Assembly (NCBI RefSeq): GCF_001194135.2
Contig: NC_068996.1
Coordinates: 52,059,819-52,123,818 of the forward strand
DNA length: 64,000 bases
Source: Octopus bimaculoides
Taxonomy: Eukaryota
Direction of reading: 5' to 3'
Part shown: positions 12,255 to 23,145 of the stretch, piece by piece
Layout of the letters: every line of letters begins with the position of its first letter
Position numbering within the stretch: position 1 is the first letter of the stretch
Notes under the pieces: model-generated
Databases searched by the model: none
Seen by the model: the letters and a program-made list of their open reading frames with translations, nothing else
Told to the model about the DNA's origin: nothing
Made by a program: the position numbers and the translations under genes

Positions 12255-12676
12255 AGGAGTGGCTGTGTAGTAAGCAGCTTGCTTACCAACCACATGGTTC
12301 TGGGTTCAGTCCCACTGCGTGGCACCTTGGGCAAATGTCTTCTACTATAGCCTCGGATTGACCAAGGGCTTGTGAGTAGATTTGGTAGACGGAAACTGAA
12401 AGAAGCCCGTCGTATATATATATGTATATGTCTATATATGTGTGTGTGTGTGTGTGTGTGTTTGTGTGTCTGTGTTTGTCCTCCCAACATCGCTTGGCAA
12501 CCGATGCTGATGTATTTAGGTTCCCGTAACTTAGCGGTTCGGCAAAAAGAGACCGATAGAATAAGTACTAGGCATCCAAAGAATAAGTCCTGGGGTCGAT
12601 TTGTTCGACTAAAGGCGGTGCTCCAGCATGGCCGCAGTCAAATGACTGAAACAAGTAAAAGAGTAAAGAGTAAGAG
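12255..12676 (+). mobile_element. SINE, third family, near full length with internal (TA)n(TG)n
   Basis: GGAGTGGCTGTGTAGTAAG...GGTTCAGTCCCAC head, GCACCTTGGGCAAATGTC, tail GCTCCAGCATGGCCGCAGTCAAATGACTGAAACAAGTAAAAGAG; homologues at 44243, 17500, 42650, 40300, 47810 and 60770. Confidence 0.85.
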
Positions 12677-12858
12677 TATACCATGTCAATCAACATCATC
12701 TCTAAGTACATCATCACCCTCATTGTTTGATAGTGCTCCCATGTCCAATCATGGGTCCTACATTTATTTTACATAAGGGATTGTTTTTTTTCCCATCTCT
12801 AGAATTGATACAATCAAAAACTTTTCTATTGCTTCCATTTCCTTCAATATACTCTGCT

Positions 12859-13297
12859 TTAATCCTTTAGCATTTAAACTGGCCATATCTAGTCCAAATA
12901 TTCTACCTGTTTTTAATGTTCAAACATGTCATATCCAGCCTCTTACACCTAGCCTACAATGTCATTCTACAAATAAATAACCACATCATTGAAATCTCAA
13001 AGCTATGGGACAATGCAGGATTAATTCAAAACAATGTGAATAAATAAGTGTTACATTTAACAGCATAATCTGAATGCTGAAGGGTTAAATTGGCCATATC
13101 AGACCCAAATATTCTGCTTGTTGTATGTTCAAACTGGCCAGATCCTGACTCTCACACCTCTCCTACAATGTCATTCTAAAAACAAACAATCACATCATTG
13201 AAATTTCATAGTGACAACATTTCACAAAATTAATACAAAACAAGGTGAATAAATAAATATTGCATATAACAGAATAATCTGAATGCTGAAGGGTTAA
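12859..13297 (+). mobile_element. piggyBac-like MITE plus a tandem 5'-truncated copy
   Basis: TTAA-TCCTTTAGCATT ... AATGCTGAAGGG-TTAA (12859-13088); second unit 13089-13297 ends with the same right TIR. Confidence 0.7.
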
Positions 13298-15914
13298 ACA
13301 AACTTACTTCACTCACATCAATAAAACCTTCATATACATTTGGCCAATAATTTTTTCACAATTTCGTTTTAAAAACCAAATGCCATGAAAACAATACCCA
13401 AAGTCAATATAAAAATTTATTCAAAATATAAGATCTAAATAAAAGTCCTTTTATTTTTTAGTTTTTAATAAATTTGGATATGTTGATGAGGATGAAAATT
13501 TACAAAATATAACATGCTTTGTGTAATTCAAGACGAAATGAACCATTCATACATAAATAAAACACTAAACTGAGATAAGTGAAATTAACCTGTTTTCACC
13601 TACATGTAAATATTCAAGGAAAGTGGGGTTTATTATTATTAGTAGTAGTAGCAGTGAATGCTAATAACTAATATGTAAACAGAAATATAGAAACAGGAGT
13701 CAAAGTCGCAAATTTGATGACGGAAAAGTTATTTTTGGTAGAAAATGTCACATTACATTTAAATTTCGTAACTATTATAGCGAATGAACAAATATCTTAA
13801 GAAGCATAACTGACAGTGCGTTCCGTACATGTTGACAACAATTTATATAATGGCAATGCATAATATGGGAACAAAATCATGTTTTATTCAATATTTTAAA
13901 TAAAACATTGAAACAAAAAAAAAGATTAAGTGGTTTATTGAAGTTTTCTGCAGCCTTTTATACCATTTGGTTTTCCGTGGCATTTTTTTTCCTGCAGTTA
14001 TTTAATAAACTGAACACAAAATAAATTAGGTCATCGTCACCTATAAATTACTGGAGTGCCGAACTTTACTATATTTTTACTTCTCTCTTTGCATGGAATT
14101 TATATATGTGCAAGAAAATAATAATACTAATAATAATAATAATTTGTTTTTAGGACCCCTCCCTCCCAGAAAAACACTATTGTTTGCCTTTACCTGTGTA
14201 TAACAAAATTATAATTAAACACACTGACAACTTGGTAAAACATTAGTGTGTATTTTCTAATTATCTAGAATTATCTTTTTGACAATCACTGTCTTACTTC
14301 ACACAATAAATCATTTCCTTAGCACAACAGCATAAAATTATTTGAATGAAAAGGTATTTGATATAGGTTTTCTAAATGCTTCTATGGTATCAGTAAATTG
14401 GCCTCACTGAAAACTGAAACAAGGTTGCATGCTTGTCGTACTAAAAGTTTATTACTTGCTATAGCAAAGACACAAAACCACGAATATTTTCGAGCCAACA
14501 GTCAAGCTATATCGAATATAATACTTATGAAGACTAGCTACAAAAATAATGAATGTTTTTTTTTTATGACTAGAAACAGTAATTTCTCTTTTAAGCAAGA
14601 AATAATGACAAAGGGAAAAGCTACATCCTCATGGTGTCAGCTAATATAAATGAAATTCTGAGAAAATAAAACCTTGTAAAAAATATTAGTAGTTGATTGT
14701 AAACGCCAGAGAAAATTAGCATAGAAATAACTCAAAGAATTTAGTAGTTAGTAGCAACTTTTGAATATGATTTATGTATGGATAATATCCCTCAAATTTT
14801 TAAACTTGAAAATTAAGATTCAAAAGTAATTATAAAATTTGTTTTGTGTAAATGGAACAAAAATCACAATTATTTTAACACCAATATATAGTGTGTATTA
14901 TATATAAGAGATATTTTTCTGAGATTTCTTTACTAAGAATTATAGGTGCAATCAAACAAAAAAAGGATGTTAATTTATCTAGGTCTATTTACAAGTTTGC
15001 TCACATTAATTGTAGGATGTTATACGCACATATCAATTAATAATAGGATGTTATACACACGTAAGGACTAGACTAATTTTATTCACTCCTTGAATGTCCA
15101 ACACTATAATAAACTAAATATTCTATTCTATTTACCTTCTTTGCAGGTACAAGCAGTTTCCTTGGTGGATTATATTTAGCTCTTTTTTCAGACAAATGAA
15201 TCTCAGATTCTCATCGCTTATGAAACCTCTGCAGTACAAAGTATGAAAAGTTTTGCAGTACATCAAAGAATAGAAAAACTATATTAATTGCATTTCAAGA
15301 TATAACAATCATTTTGACTGAATCCTTTACAATTTCTCTGCATTTAGTATCACAAAAACCACAAAACCTTTCCAATGAGTGTGAAAGTGCAACACAATGC
15401 AATAATGGAAAAATGTGTCAATAGTTTAGAAAATATAACTTGCAACATTGGCATTTTCTAGAAGGTCAGTATTTGATTGCCAGAGAATCAATAAGAGATA
15501 AAGTATTTACCGGCCCAAAATAGGGCTGTTTACTACAACTGAAGGCAAACGCATTTAAAAAATTATTGCAACCACATTGTGATTTCATTCAGAGAAACAT
15601 GTACCAATGACAAATTTAGTTCCACCTATCTGACAGACTAACAGCTTATTAATTCAACTCTTTCCATGTTCTATCATTTCCCCAAAGCCATATTTCAAAT
15701 TTCTACAGAGCTCTAAAAATAAATGACAACGAAATTAGCATTTGAGGGGAAACAAATCCTTAAAAAAAAAAAAGGCTAAAAGAATGCGTAACTTTAAACA
15801 TCCATATTCTAATATAACTTCCTGAAGAATGTTTGGTTCAGTGAGCATAGCTTTGGCAAAATGGAAAACAAACTAGTTTATTTCGGAAAAATTTGTTTTA
15901 ATATTTATTTCAAA

Positions 15915-16100
15915 TATTGGAACAAGGCCTGAAATTTTGGAGGAGGGGTAAGTCAATTACATCAACCCCAGTACACAACTGGTACTTATCAACTGCAAAA
16001 GGACGAAAGGCAAAGTTGACCTCAGAATATAAAGGCAGATTAAATACCACTAACCATTTTGCCTGGTGTGCTAACAATTCTTCCAGCTCACCACCTTAAA
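15915..16100 (-). mobile_element. SINE, fourth family (diverged)
   Basis: Reverse complement of the GAGCTGG..TTAGCAC...AAAATGGTTAG...GTCAACTTTGCCTTTCGTCC..AAGTACCAG pattern. Confidence 0.65.
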
Positions 16101-16399
16101 TTTCTCAGAATATTCAAAGAAGATCATAAAATGACTTGCATACTTTTCCAAAATATTTTGAATACCAAAAATAAGCTTGAAATACTGGGTGGGGAAAAAA
16201 AGAGAAGAAAAGAAAAAAAATTAAATTATAAGTATTAGTATTAGTTACAGCGCCTGTAACTATGTAGCCTTAAGGACTCATTTCCCAAAAAGAAGGACAT
16301 TGCAGTCTTTTTTGCTGAACCACTAAATCATAGGGACATAAACAAACCTACACTGGTTGTCAAACAGAAGTGGTGGGGAGACAAACACATACACAAACT

Positions 16400-16433
<34 letters not shown>

Positions 16434-16659
16434 AAATAGTAAATCCAAAAAAAACAAAGAACAAACACACAAAAAAAAAACAACACGAGGATGTGGTATA
16501 TGTAAAGTATTAGCAGACGCTCAGGGAAAGAAAGAAAAATGGTTTTATGTTTCGAGCAAAGCTCTTCTTCAGAAACAGAAGATAGAGGAAAGTCCAGTAG
16601 AAAAGGAAGACAGAGGGAAAAAATTGCCAACGATTCACATGTGGTGACATGTATATATG

Positions 16660-16843
16660 AGGGCAATGAGCTGGCAGATTCGTTAGCATACTGGGCAAAA
16701 TGCTTAGCAGTATTTCACCTGTCTTTCTGAGTTCAAATTCCACCGAGGTTGACTTTGCTTTTCCTCCTTTTGGTGTCAATTAAATAAGTACCAGTTAATC
16801 CCTTTGTTTGTCCCCTCTATGTTTAGCCCCTTGTGGGCAATAA

Positions 16844-16845
<2 letters not shown>
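16660..16845 (+). mobile_element. SINE, fourth family
   Basis: GAGCTGGCAGATTCGTTAGCATACTGGGCAAAATGC...GAGTTCAAATTCC (B box) ...TAAGTACCAG. Confidence 0.7.
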
Positions 16846-16880
<35 letters not shown>

Positions 16881-17118
16881 CATATGTGTGTGTGTGTGTC
16901 AAAGTTAGATAAGGCTGGTTTATGGGAAAACCTTAGGTTTTACTTCCATAAAGGGCTTAGCTTTATGGTGCATCATCAGATCCAAAACCTGTTGGCTTAA
17001 GACCTCTCTAGAATATGAAGGCGGAAAGGACTCCAGCAAATGTATATATATAAAATTAGAAATATTACATTTCTAAATCTCTGAGAGAGACTTATACAGT
17101 AGCAGCACGATAGGGTGG

Positions 17119-17483
17119 TGGTTTGTTGCCAACTTAATGTGGCAGTCTCAAGAAAGGGAAGAATGCTACTTCTATTTAGCCCCAGGAAACATCGTTTCCT
17201 GTTGGTTATGTGACACAAACATTCTGTGTCCTTAAGTTTTCAAACAGGGGAGATAACCACCTCCATCCAGCAAAGCCAGCATCCAGAAACTAGATTCAAA
17301 GTCATTGCTCTTCATCAGTCTGGAGCAGCATGGCTTGATAGCTGTTGATGCTTATTCACTTTTGGAAACTTAAGGACACATACGCTTGTGTCACATAGAT
17401 AACTGGAAATGCTTTCCTGGGGTTAAATAGCTGTAGCATTCTTCCCTTTCCTGGGACTGTCACATTAAGTTGGCAACAAACCA
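17119..17483. repeat. Foldback/MITE-like inverted repeat (about 125-bp arms)
   Basis: 17119-17244 is the reverse complement of 17361-17483 at roughly 85% identity by eye. Confidence 0.8.
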
Positions 17484-18049
17484 TCAATGCTTTTGGGTTC
17501 TGTGTACCAAATCCACAAACAAGGCTTTGGTCAGCACAGGACTAGATGACATTTGCCAAACATACTACACAATGTGACTGAACCTGAGACTATATGGTCA
17601 AGAAGCAAACTTCTTACCACACAGCAATGCCTGCACCTATTTGAAATCAAATAAAAATTCTAACATACTACTTTATTGAAGAAATTCTAGTTATTTAATC
17701 ACCAATTCATTTTTTTTTTTTCAAAGTAAATTATTCATTTCTTGCATTTTTTTATGGGTTGAAATTTCTCTTCATAGCAATTACTTTTTACTTTTACTTG
17801 CCATTTGTGGGAGCTTTCTGATGGTCAGGAGATTTTTGTTTTTTTAATGACCGCACATTTTTCTGAGAAGTTGTTACATATTTTGAATTTTGTTTTGACT
17901 GAATTCATTTGCAGAGAATGAACTCAAGATGTAGATGTCATGGCCAAAATAATTGATATTCTATGTGAACATAACAGTATATATAAGGATATGCATACTA
18001 AGTTAACATTGCTATATATAAGTACTAAACTTCTCAGACTTAGCAAATA

Positions 18050-18570
18050 CAGTGATACCTCAGCAGTACGAGTTTAATTTGTCCCATGACCAAGCTCGTC
18101 TTACGATTTACTCATTTTACAAACCAATTTTCCCCTTTGAAATTAACTAAAATATAATTAATTCATTCCAGCCCTGAAAAGACACTCAAAAATAATCTTC
18201 TATGAGTTTTAAAACAAGAAAGGTGTAGTTACAAATAAAATGACAATTACAAAAAAGGGAATGCAAAAGAAATCTGTAAACTGATTTTGGGGGTTGTATT
18301 CTAGGCCTTGACCTGAGCAAAGAATGGGGCTTGCTCCTTTGAGTTGGGAAATGAATGGAATGCCTGGTGTGTGTCTTGTTGTGGCTAACCCCACCTAAAA
18401 AAAAATGGGAATAGGCCTGGGTATATGATATGATATGATTAATAATGATTAACCTTAACGATGGGATGATTTGTGTCCTCATATCATGGATTTCCCCTTG
18501 TACTTCAAGACAAAAATTTGCACAAGTCTCAGCTCGCACAGTAAATTATTTGTACTGTGAGGTTCTACTG
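18050..18570. mobile_element. pogo/Tigger-like non-autonomous DNA element
   Basis: TA|CAGTGATACCTCAGCAGTACG ... TGTACTGTGAGGTTCTACTG|TA: degenerate TIRs with a TA target duplication. Confidence 0.65.
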
Positions 18571-18574
18571 TAAT

Positions 18575-19900
18575 TAAAAATAATATTCTTTGCTATGATT
18601 ATCTATAGTCTTACAAGTATTGATAATTGCCTCTGCAATTCCATACTTTTCTTATAATTCATTCACATCAAGATCTCAAAGGTTACAGGTTGTCACTACA
18701 TCACAGAAGGTATGGAATTTGTTACGAAAACTACTTTCCAAGAAGTTATATCTGTCATAGAAAGTAATGAATTCTGCTTTACATTTTTTTAGATGCATCT
18801 AGAATAATCTGAGTAAGGTTGNNNNNNNNNNNNNNNNNNNNNNNNNNNNNNNNNNNNNNNNNNNNNNNNNNNNNNNNNNNNNNNNNNNNNNNNNNNNNNN
18901 NNNNNNNNAAAAAAAAAGCGAAAAGTCTTTTATTCTTCTCTCAAGCTTGGTTTTTAGTTCAACCATTAGCTTAAATATTGGAATTATGATGAAAGACTTG
19001 GCTTGTACTGCTTCAAAACTGAGAATGGTTTATAAGTGTGACTAAGTAAGAAGAAATAAACTCTTGGTAATTCAGACATTTTCTTCATCTCTTTAAAGTT
19101 CAGCCATAGTGCTTTGAGCACTGCATTCTAGGACTTCCCAGCGTCTAAGTATTTCATCATTTGATGGAAAAAGAGAAAGAAAGAGAACCATTGGGTTACA
19201 ACACAAGATGACAATTATCAACTTCTACAATTTCACAAAATTTCCTTTTAGCTGAGACACTTGAAAGATTGTACACTGATCAAAATCAATTTTTGTTTTT
19301 CCATGTCAAATATTAGTACATTGTGCAAAATATTGGTTTGACAGTTTGCAAGAATAATGTCTTTTTGAACTATTTTCAAGTCTTGACAAACGCTGATGTC
19401 TTTTCTTTAGTTTATAAAACTTGCATTGTCGTTGGATACTTTATCAGATCTAGATATGACATCACTAATTAAATTAATGGCCAATTAATCATTTCCGTTT
19501 GATGATTCATTGCTGTACAAATCAAGTGAAACATCATATGCTGCACATCCTTCTTAAAATGAATGTATCTCTGAAGTACTGAGAAATTCTTTGTTTGCAC
19601 TTTTGCTTGATGCATCAATTGCTACTGAAGGGAGCAAACCATACTCGTTGATATATTCCACAAGATTTTGTACAAAAGACTCATGCTGGAATATTTTCTT
19701 CACACAGAACTTTTGCATTAGTGGTCTCACAATCCCTGAATCACTGCATATTCCTATGTCAACTTCTCTGTTTAAATGATGAAGTTTCATAGAATGGTTT
19801 CACTTTGCACATCCAAGATTTTGCCACCTTGAGCTGATCAAGCTGGCACTAACAACCGTGAAAATAGTGACATACAAACAATACAAGTGATAATTCTATT
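18575..19900 (-). pseudogene. Decayed hAT transposase
   Basis: Fragments across frames: SVAIDASS (first catalytic D region), SNDNASF, IILANCQTNILHN (CxxH-like), VVTQWFS (RW.S-like), KAEFITFYD, LDVNEL; many stops and an N gap. Confidence 0.6.
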
Positions 19901-21028
19901 ATCTGTGATACTATATTGTTCCCCTTCACTCTTTCCCGTATCAACAATTTCCACATGACAATGGCTTCATTTTTAAAAAACTATATTTACCTTATTTTGA
20001 TACTAATATAGAGCAGTAAAAGTTTGACGTTAGTATCTTAAAAACTTAAGTATACTAAAGCTGGATGCCTGGTAGTTATAATTTGGGTGTCTCCAAAAAG
20101 GGGAAAACTAACACTTGGCTAAAGATGTCAACAAACAGAGTAGGATGCTTGGAACTACACTGATCTTAAACTGGAAGTTTAACTCTTCCAACATAAGCAT
20201 TTTTTATTGTAATGTATCTAGTTATTTAGTCAAATATCAATTATTATAATAATAAAAAGTTTTAATTCATTTTCTTTCTTCTACTAGCCTATATGTAGTG
20301 TGTTTTCCTCAGAAAATTTATAGTGGTAATAGTGTCTTTTGACGTCTATTTTTCAGTTTGTGGTGAGGCACAAGCCAAGCCCTTATTATAATTATAAAAT
20401 ACTTAGTCATATATATTTATAGTTACCACTCCTATATAGTTATTTATCAACTTCGTTTAGTCATCTACTATCTGTAATACAAATGTTTAAATAATTTTAT
20501 TTGACACAAGAATTTTGTACCTTAATCCATCAAAAATCATGCTCTTTCCCACTCATTATTTTAATGTTTGGTCATTTGAAGTTTCAGAGTTCTCTCCCTT
20601 ATCCACTTTTAGATGAATCTTTAATATTAATGAGTTTTCTCATTAAGACTATATTAATTCAATTGATTAAAAATATTTTGGGTCCTATTTTAAATATGTT
20701 AACCGATACTTAACTATATATTCTTCAAGCAGAAGGCTTTCTTCAGAAATTTTTCATGATCATTATTTTACATATTTTGCATTTCATTTCATTTGAAAGG
20801 ATACAATAAATTAAATGTATAAAACTATATCAAAATATTGACTAATTTGAGAATGGATTTAATATTGATAAAAATGTTTTGACTAAGCACTAAATCTTTT
20901 TCAAAGTCAAGAAATACTGTGCATTTGGAGTAAGATAACTTTACAGAAGAATCAAAACAATTATATTGTGAATTAGAGTCTTATTTCATATTGCTCATCA
21001 CAGTTTTTTAAACAACCAAAAGAGTGCT

Positions 21029-21251
21029 TTAATCCTTTTGATACTAAGCCACCAGAGATCAACCCTAGTTCTCTGATAGAAATTACCTGTTTCAAATTTA
21101 CCTAAATTAAAGCATTCCACCAAGATCTCATATTAATTAACATTCCAAACACCAGCTTAATAATGACCAAATTATTTTACTAAACCCTTTATTATTTTCA
21201 GAATAAATTTAAATAACGGTTTTAACAGAAATATGGTAATAAAAGAATTAA
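21029..21251. mobile_element. piggyBac-like MITE (diverged)
   Basis: TTAA-TCCTTTTGATAC ... GTAATAAAAGAA-TTAA; body homologous to 26007-26224. Confidence 0.6.
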
Positions 21252-21499
21252 GATAAAATGACATATGCAAGATTTCCCCTTCAGATGTGAAACTATCTAC
21301 AAACTATAAATGATAGTAGGAAAGATAGAATTTTAATATCTAATTACGATCAAAAATGCAAGTCAATGATTTTTTTTCCTCATTTATTTTAATCAAAATT
21401 ATCTGATTAAAATGTCCCATAACTTTTATGCAGATAGGATTTGATACAAATAAAAATTCCTTTGATGTAAACATCTTCATCTTCCATCATAATTCCATT

Positions 21500-21990
21500 C
21501 ACATCAAAGATCAGAGACAGTTATACGATAGAAGCTCCTCAACTTAGGCAGATCCTTCCAAATTCCATACATGGCTGTAAACTCCTCCAGTGGATCACTC
21601 ATTACTGCATTTCAATAGGCAAAGAACACAGCATGTAATGTCTTGAAAAAAATCACCTATCCCAATAAACAAGACAGATTTTAGTTGGTAATGCAACTCC
21701 TTCAAGACCAGCATCCAAAATGTGAAGGATGCTGCCATGCATTATTCAGCCCACAAGCTTTTCTGCCTTTCAAATTGCCGCTTTTAATCTCTTGCCAAAA
21801 GGATATCTACCGATTTTGTGGGATCCTCTTTCTATCCACTTCTCAACAGCCAATAATGTTTCTGTAAGGAATATTTCCAGAGAAAGTCCAAACATTTGCT
21901 ACCTACTTTACATGCATCCAACTTAACACTACATATGCCAGATAAATCTTCCCCAAACTATCCCTACACAGTTGAGTTCACTACCACATA
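21500..21990 (-). pseudogene. Possible highly decayed LINE APE endonuclease fragment
   Basis: EIFLTET and IGIGDF motifs in the expected order on the minus strand; heavily disrupted. Confidence 0.25.
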
Positions 21991-22148
21991 CACCAAAAGC
22001 AAAAACAATTGCATTTCAATGCAACAGGGCCACCAGCCCTGACAATATTCTTTCAATAACCCTCAAACTAGCACTTATCCTTGGCAAGCAAGCTTTTCAG
22101 TCTCTCTACAGAGACATATCCTGATGCTTGGAAACATACTTTAGTATA

Positions 22149-22588
22149 TTTACATTTGACGGATATTTATCCTTATCTTGTTTGTTGTTAACACGTTTCG
22201 GCTCATATACCCTCCAGCCTTCATCAGGAGTTTTGGGGAAATTTCAAACCTGGGTTCTCATTCCTAAGGTATTTTTCGATGTTATTATTATTATTACTCA
22301 GATTACTGCCTGGAATCGAACTCAGAATCTTGGGGTTAGTAGCCCACACTCTTAACCAATACACCATATGCCCGTGGGCATATGACCTGAATAATAATAA
22401 TAATAATAACAACATTGAAAAATACCTTAGGAATGCGAACCCAGGTTTGAAATTTCCCCAAGACACCTGATGAAGACTGGAGGGTATATCAGCTGAAACG
22501 TGTTAACAACAAACAAGATGAGGACAAATATCTGTCAAATGTAAATAATGTACATAATTCCTCATCTCTTAAATATAGAACTGTATAT
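22149..22588 (-). mobile_element. tRNA-headed, hammerhead-bearing foldback retroelement, copy 1
   Basis: Minus-strand A box TGGTGTATTGG (22366-22356) and B box GAGTTCGATTCC (22323-22312); inverted arms each with CTGATGA...GAAAC; flanked by a TTTAGTATA direct repeat (22140-22148 and 22589-22597). Confidence 0.8.
22462..22504 (+). ncRNA. Minimal hammerhead ribozyme motif (3-nt deletion at the cleavage triplet, probably inactive)
   Basis: GACAC-CTGATGA-AGACTG GAGGGTATAT CAGCT-GAAAC-GTGTT. Confidence 0.45.
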
Positions 22589-22851
22589 TTTAGTATAACC
22601 TGTTCCAAAAGAAGTCAACACTTCTGATCCTTCAAACTATTATACTGAAGTTAATGGAAATCGGCATCAACCTTCTCTGTTATTCTGAATCATTTTTCTT
22701 CCTTAATGACTATTAGTATGTAGGTTTTTATAAAGTCAGATCCATTGGAGACCTGCATCCATTATTCATTTTGTCAATTTCAATCCCTCTTTTCCAGATC
22801 ACTCCTCATTCATTCCCTATAGATATCGACTTGCAATTTGTTCACTAACAT

Positions 22852-23145
22852 TATCATCATCATCGTTTAACATCCGCTTTCCATGCTAGCATGGGTTGGA
22901 CGATTTGACTGATGACTGGTGAAACCAGATGGCTACACCAGGCTCCAGTCTGATTTGGCAGAGTTTCTACAGCTGGATGCCCTTCCTAATGCCAACCACT
23001 CAGAGAGTGTAGTAGGTGCTTTTATGTGCCACCAGCACGAAGGCCAGTCAGGAAGTACTGGCAACAGCCATGCTCAAAATGGTGTATTTTACGTGCCACC
23101 TGCACAGAAGCCAGCCCAGCAGCACTGGCAACGATCTCTCTGCAC
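22852..23145 (-). mobile_element. RTE 3' UTR/tail
   Basis: (CAT)n-CGTTTAACATCCGCTTTCCATGCTAGC... Confidence 0.85.

Noticed and set aside
22110-22140. CTGATGC-TTG-GAAAC just outside hammerhead element copy 1
   Set aside because: No room for stem II and the core is mismatched; likely coincidence.
22300-22383. tRNA gene (apparent ACT anticodon loop; also 57275-57350 and SINE heads at 1690-1746, 7239-7310)
   Set aside because: Acceptor and anticodon stems do not pair fully and each is embedded in a repeat; these are tRNA-derived promoters, not functional tRNAs.
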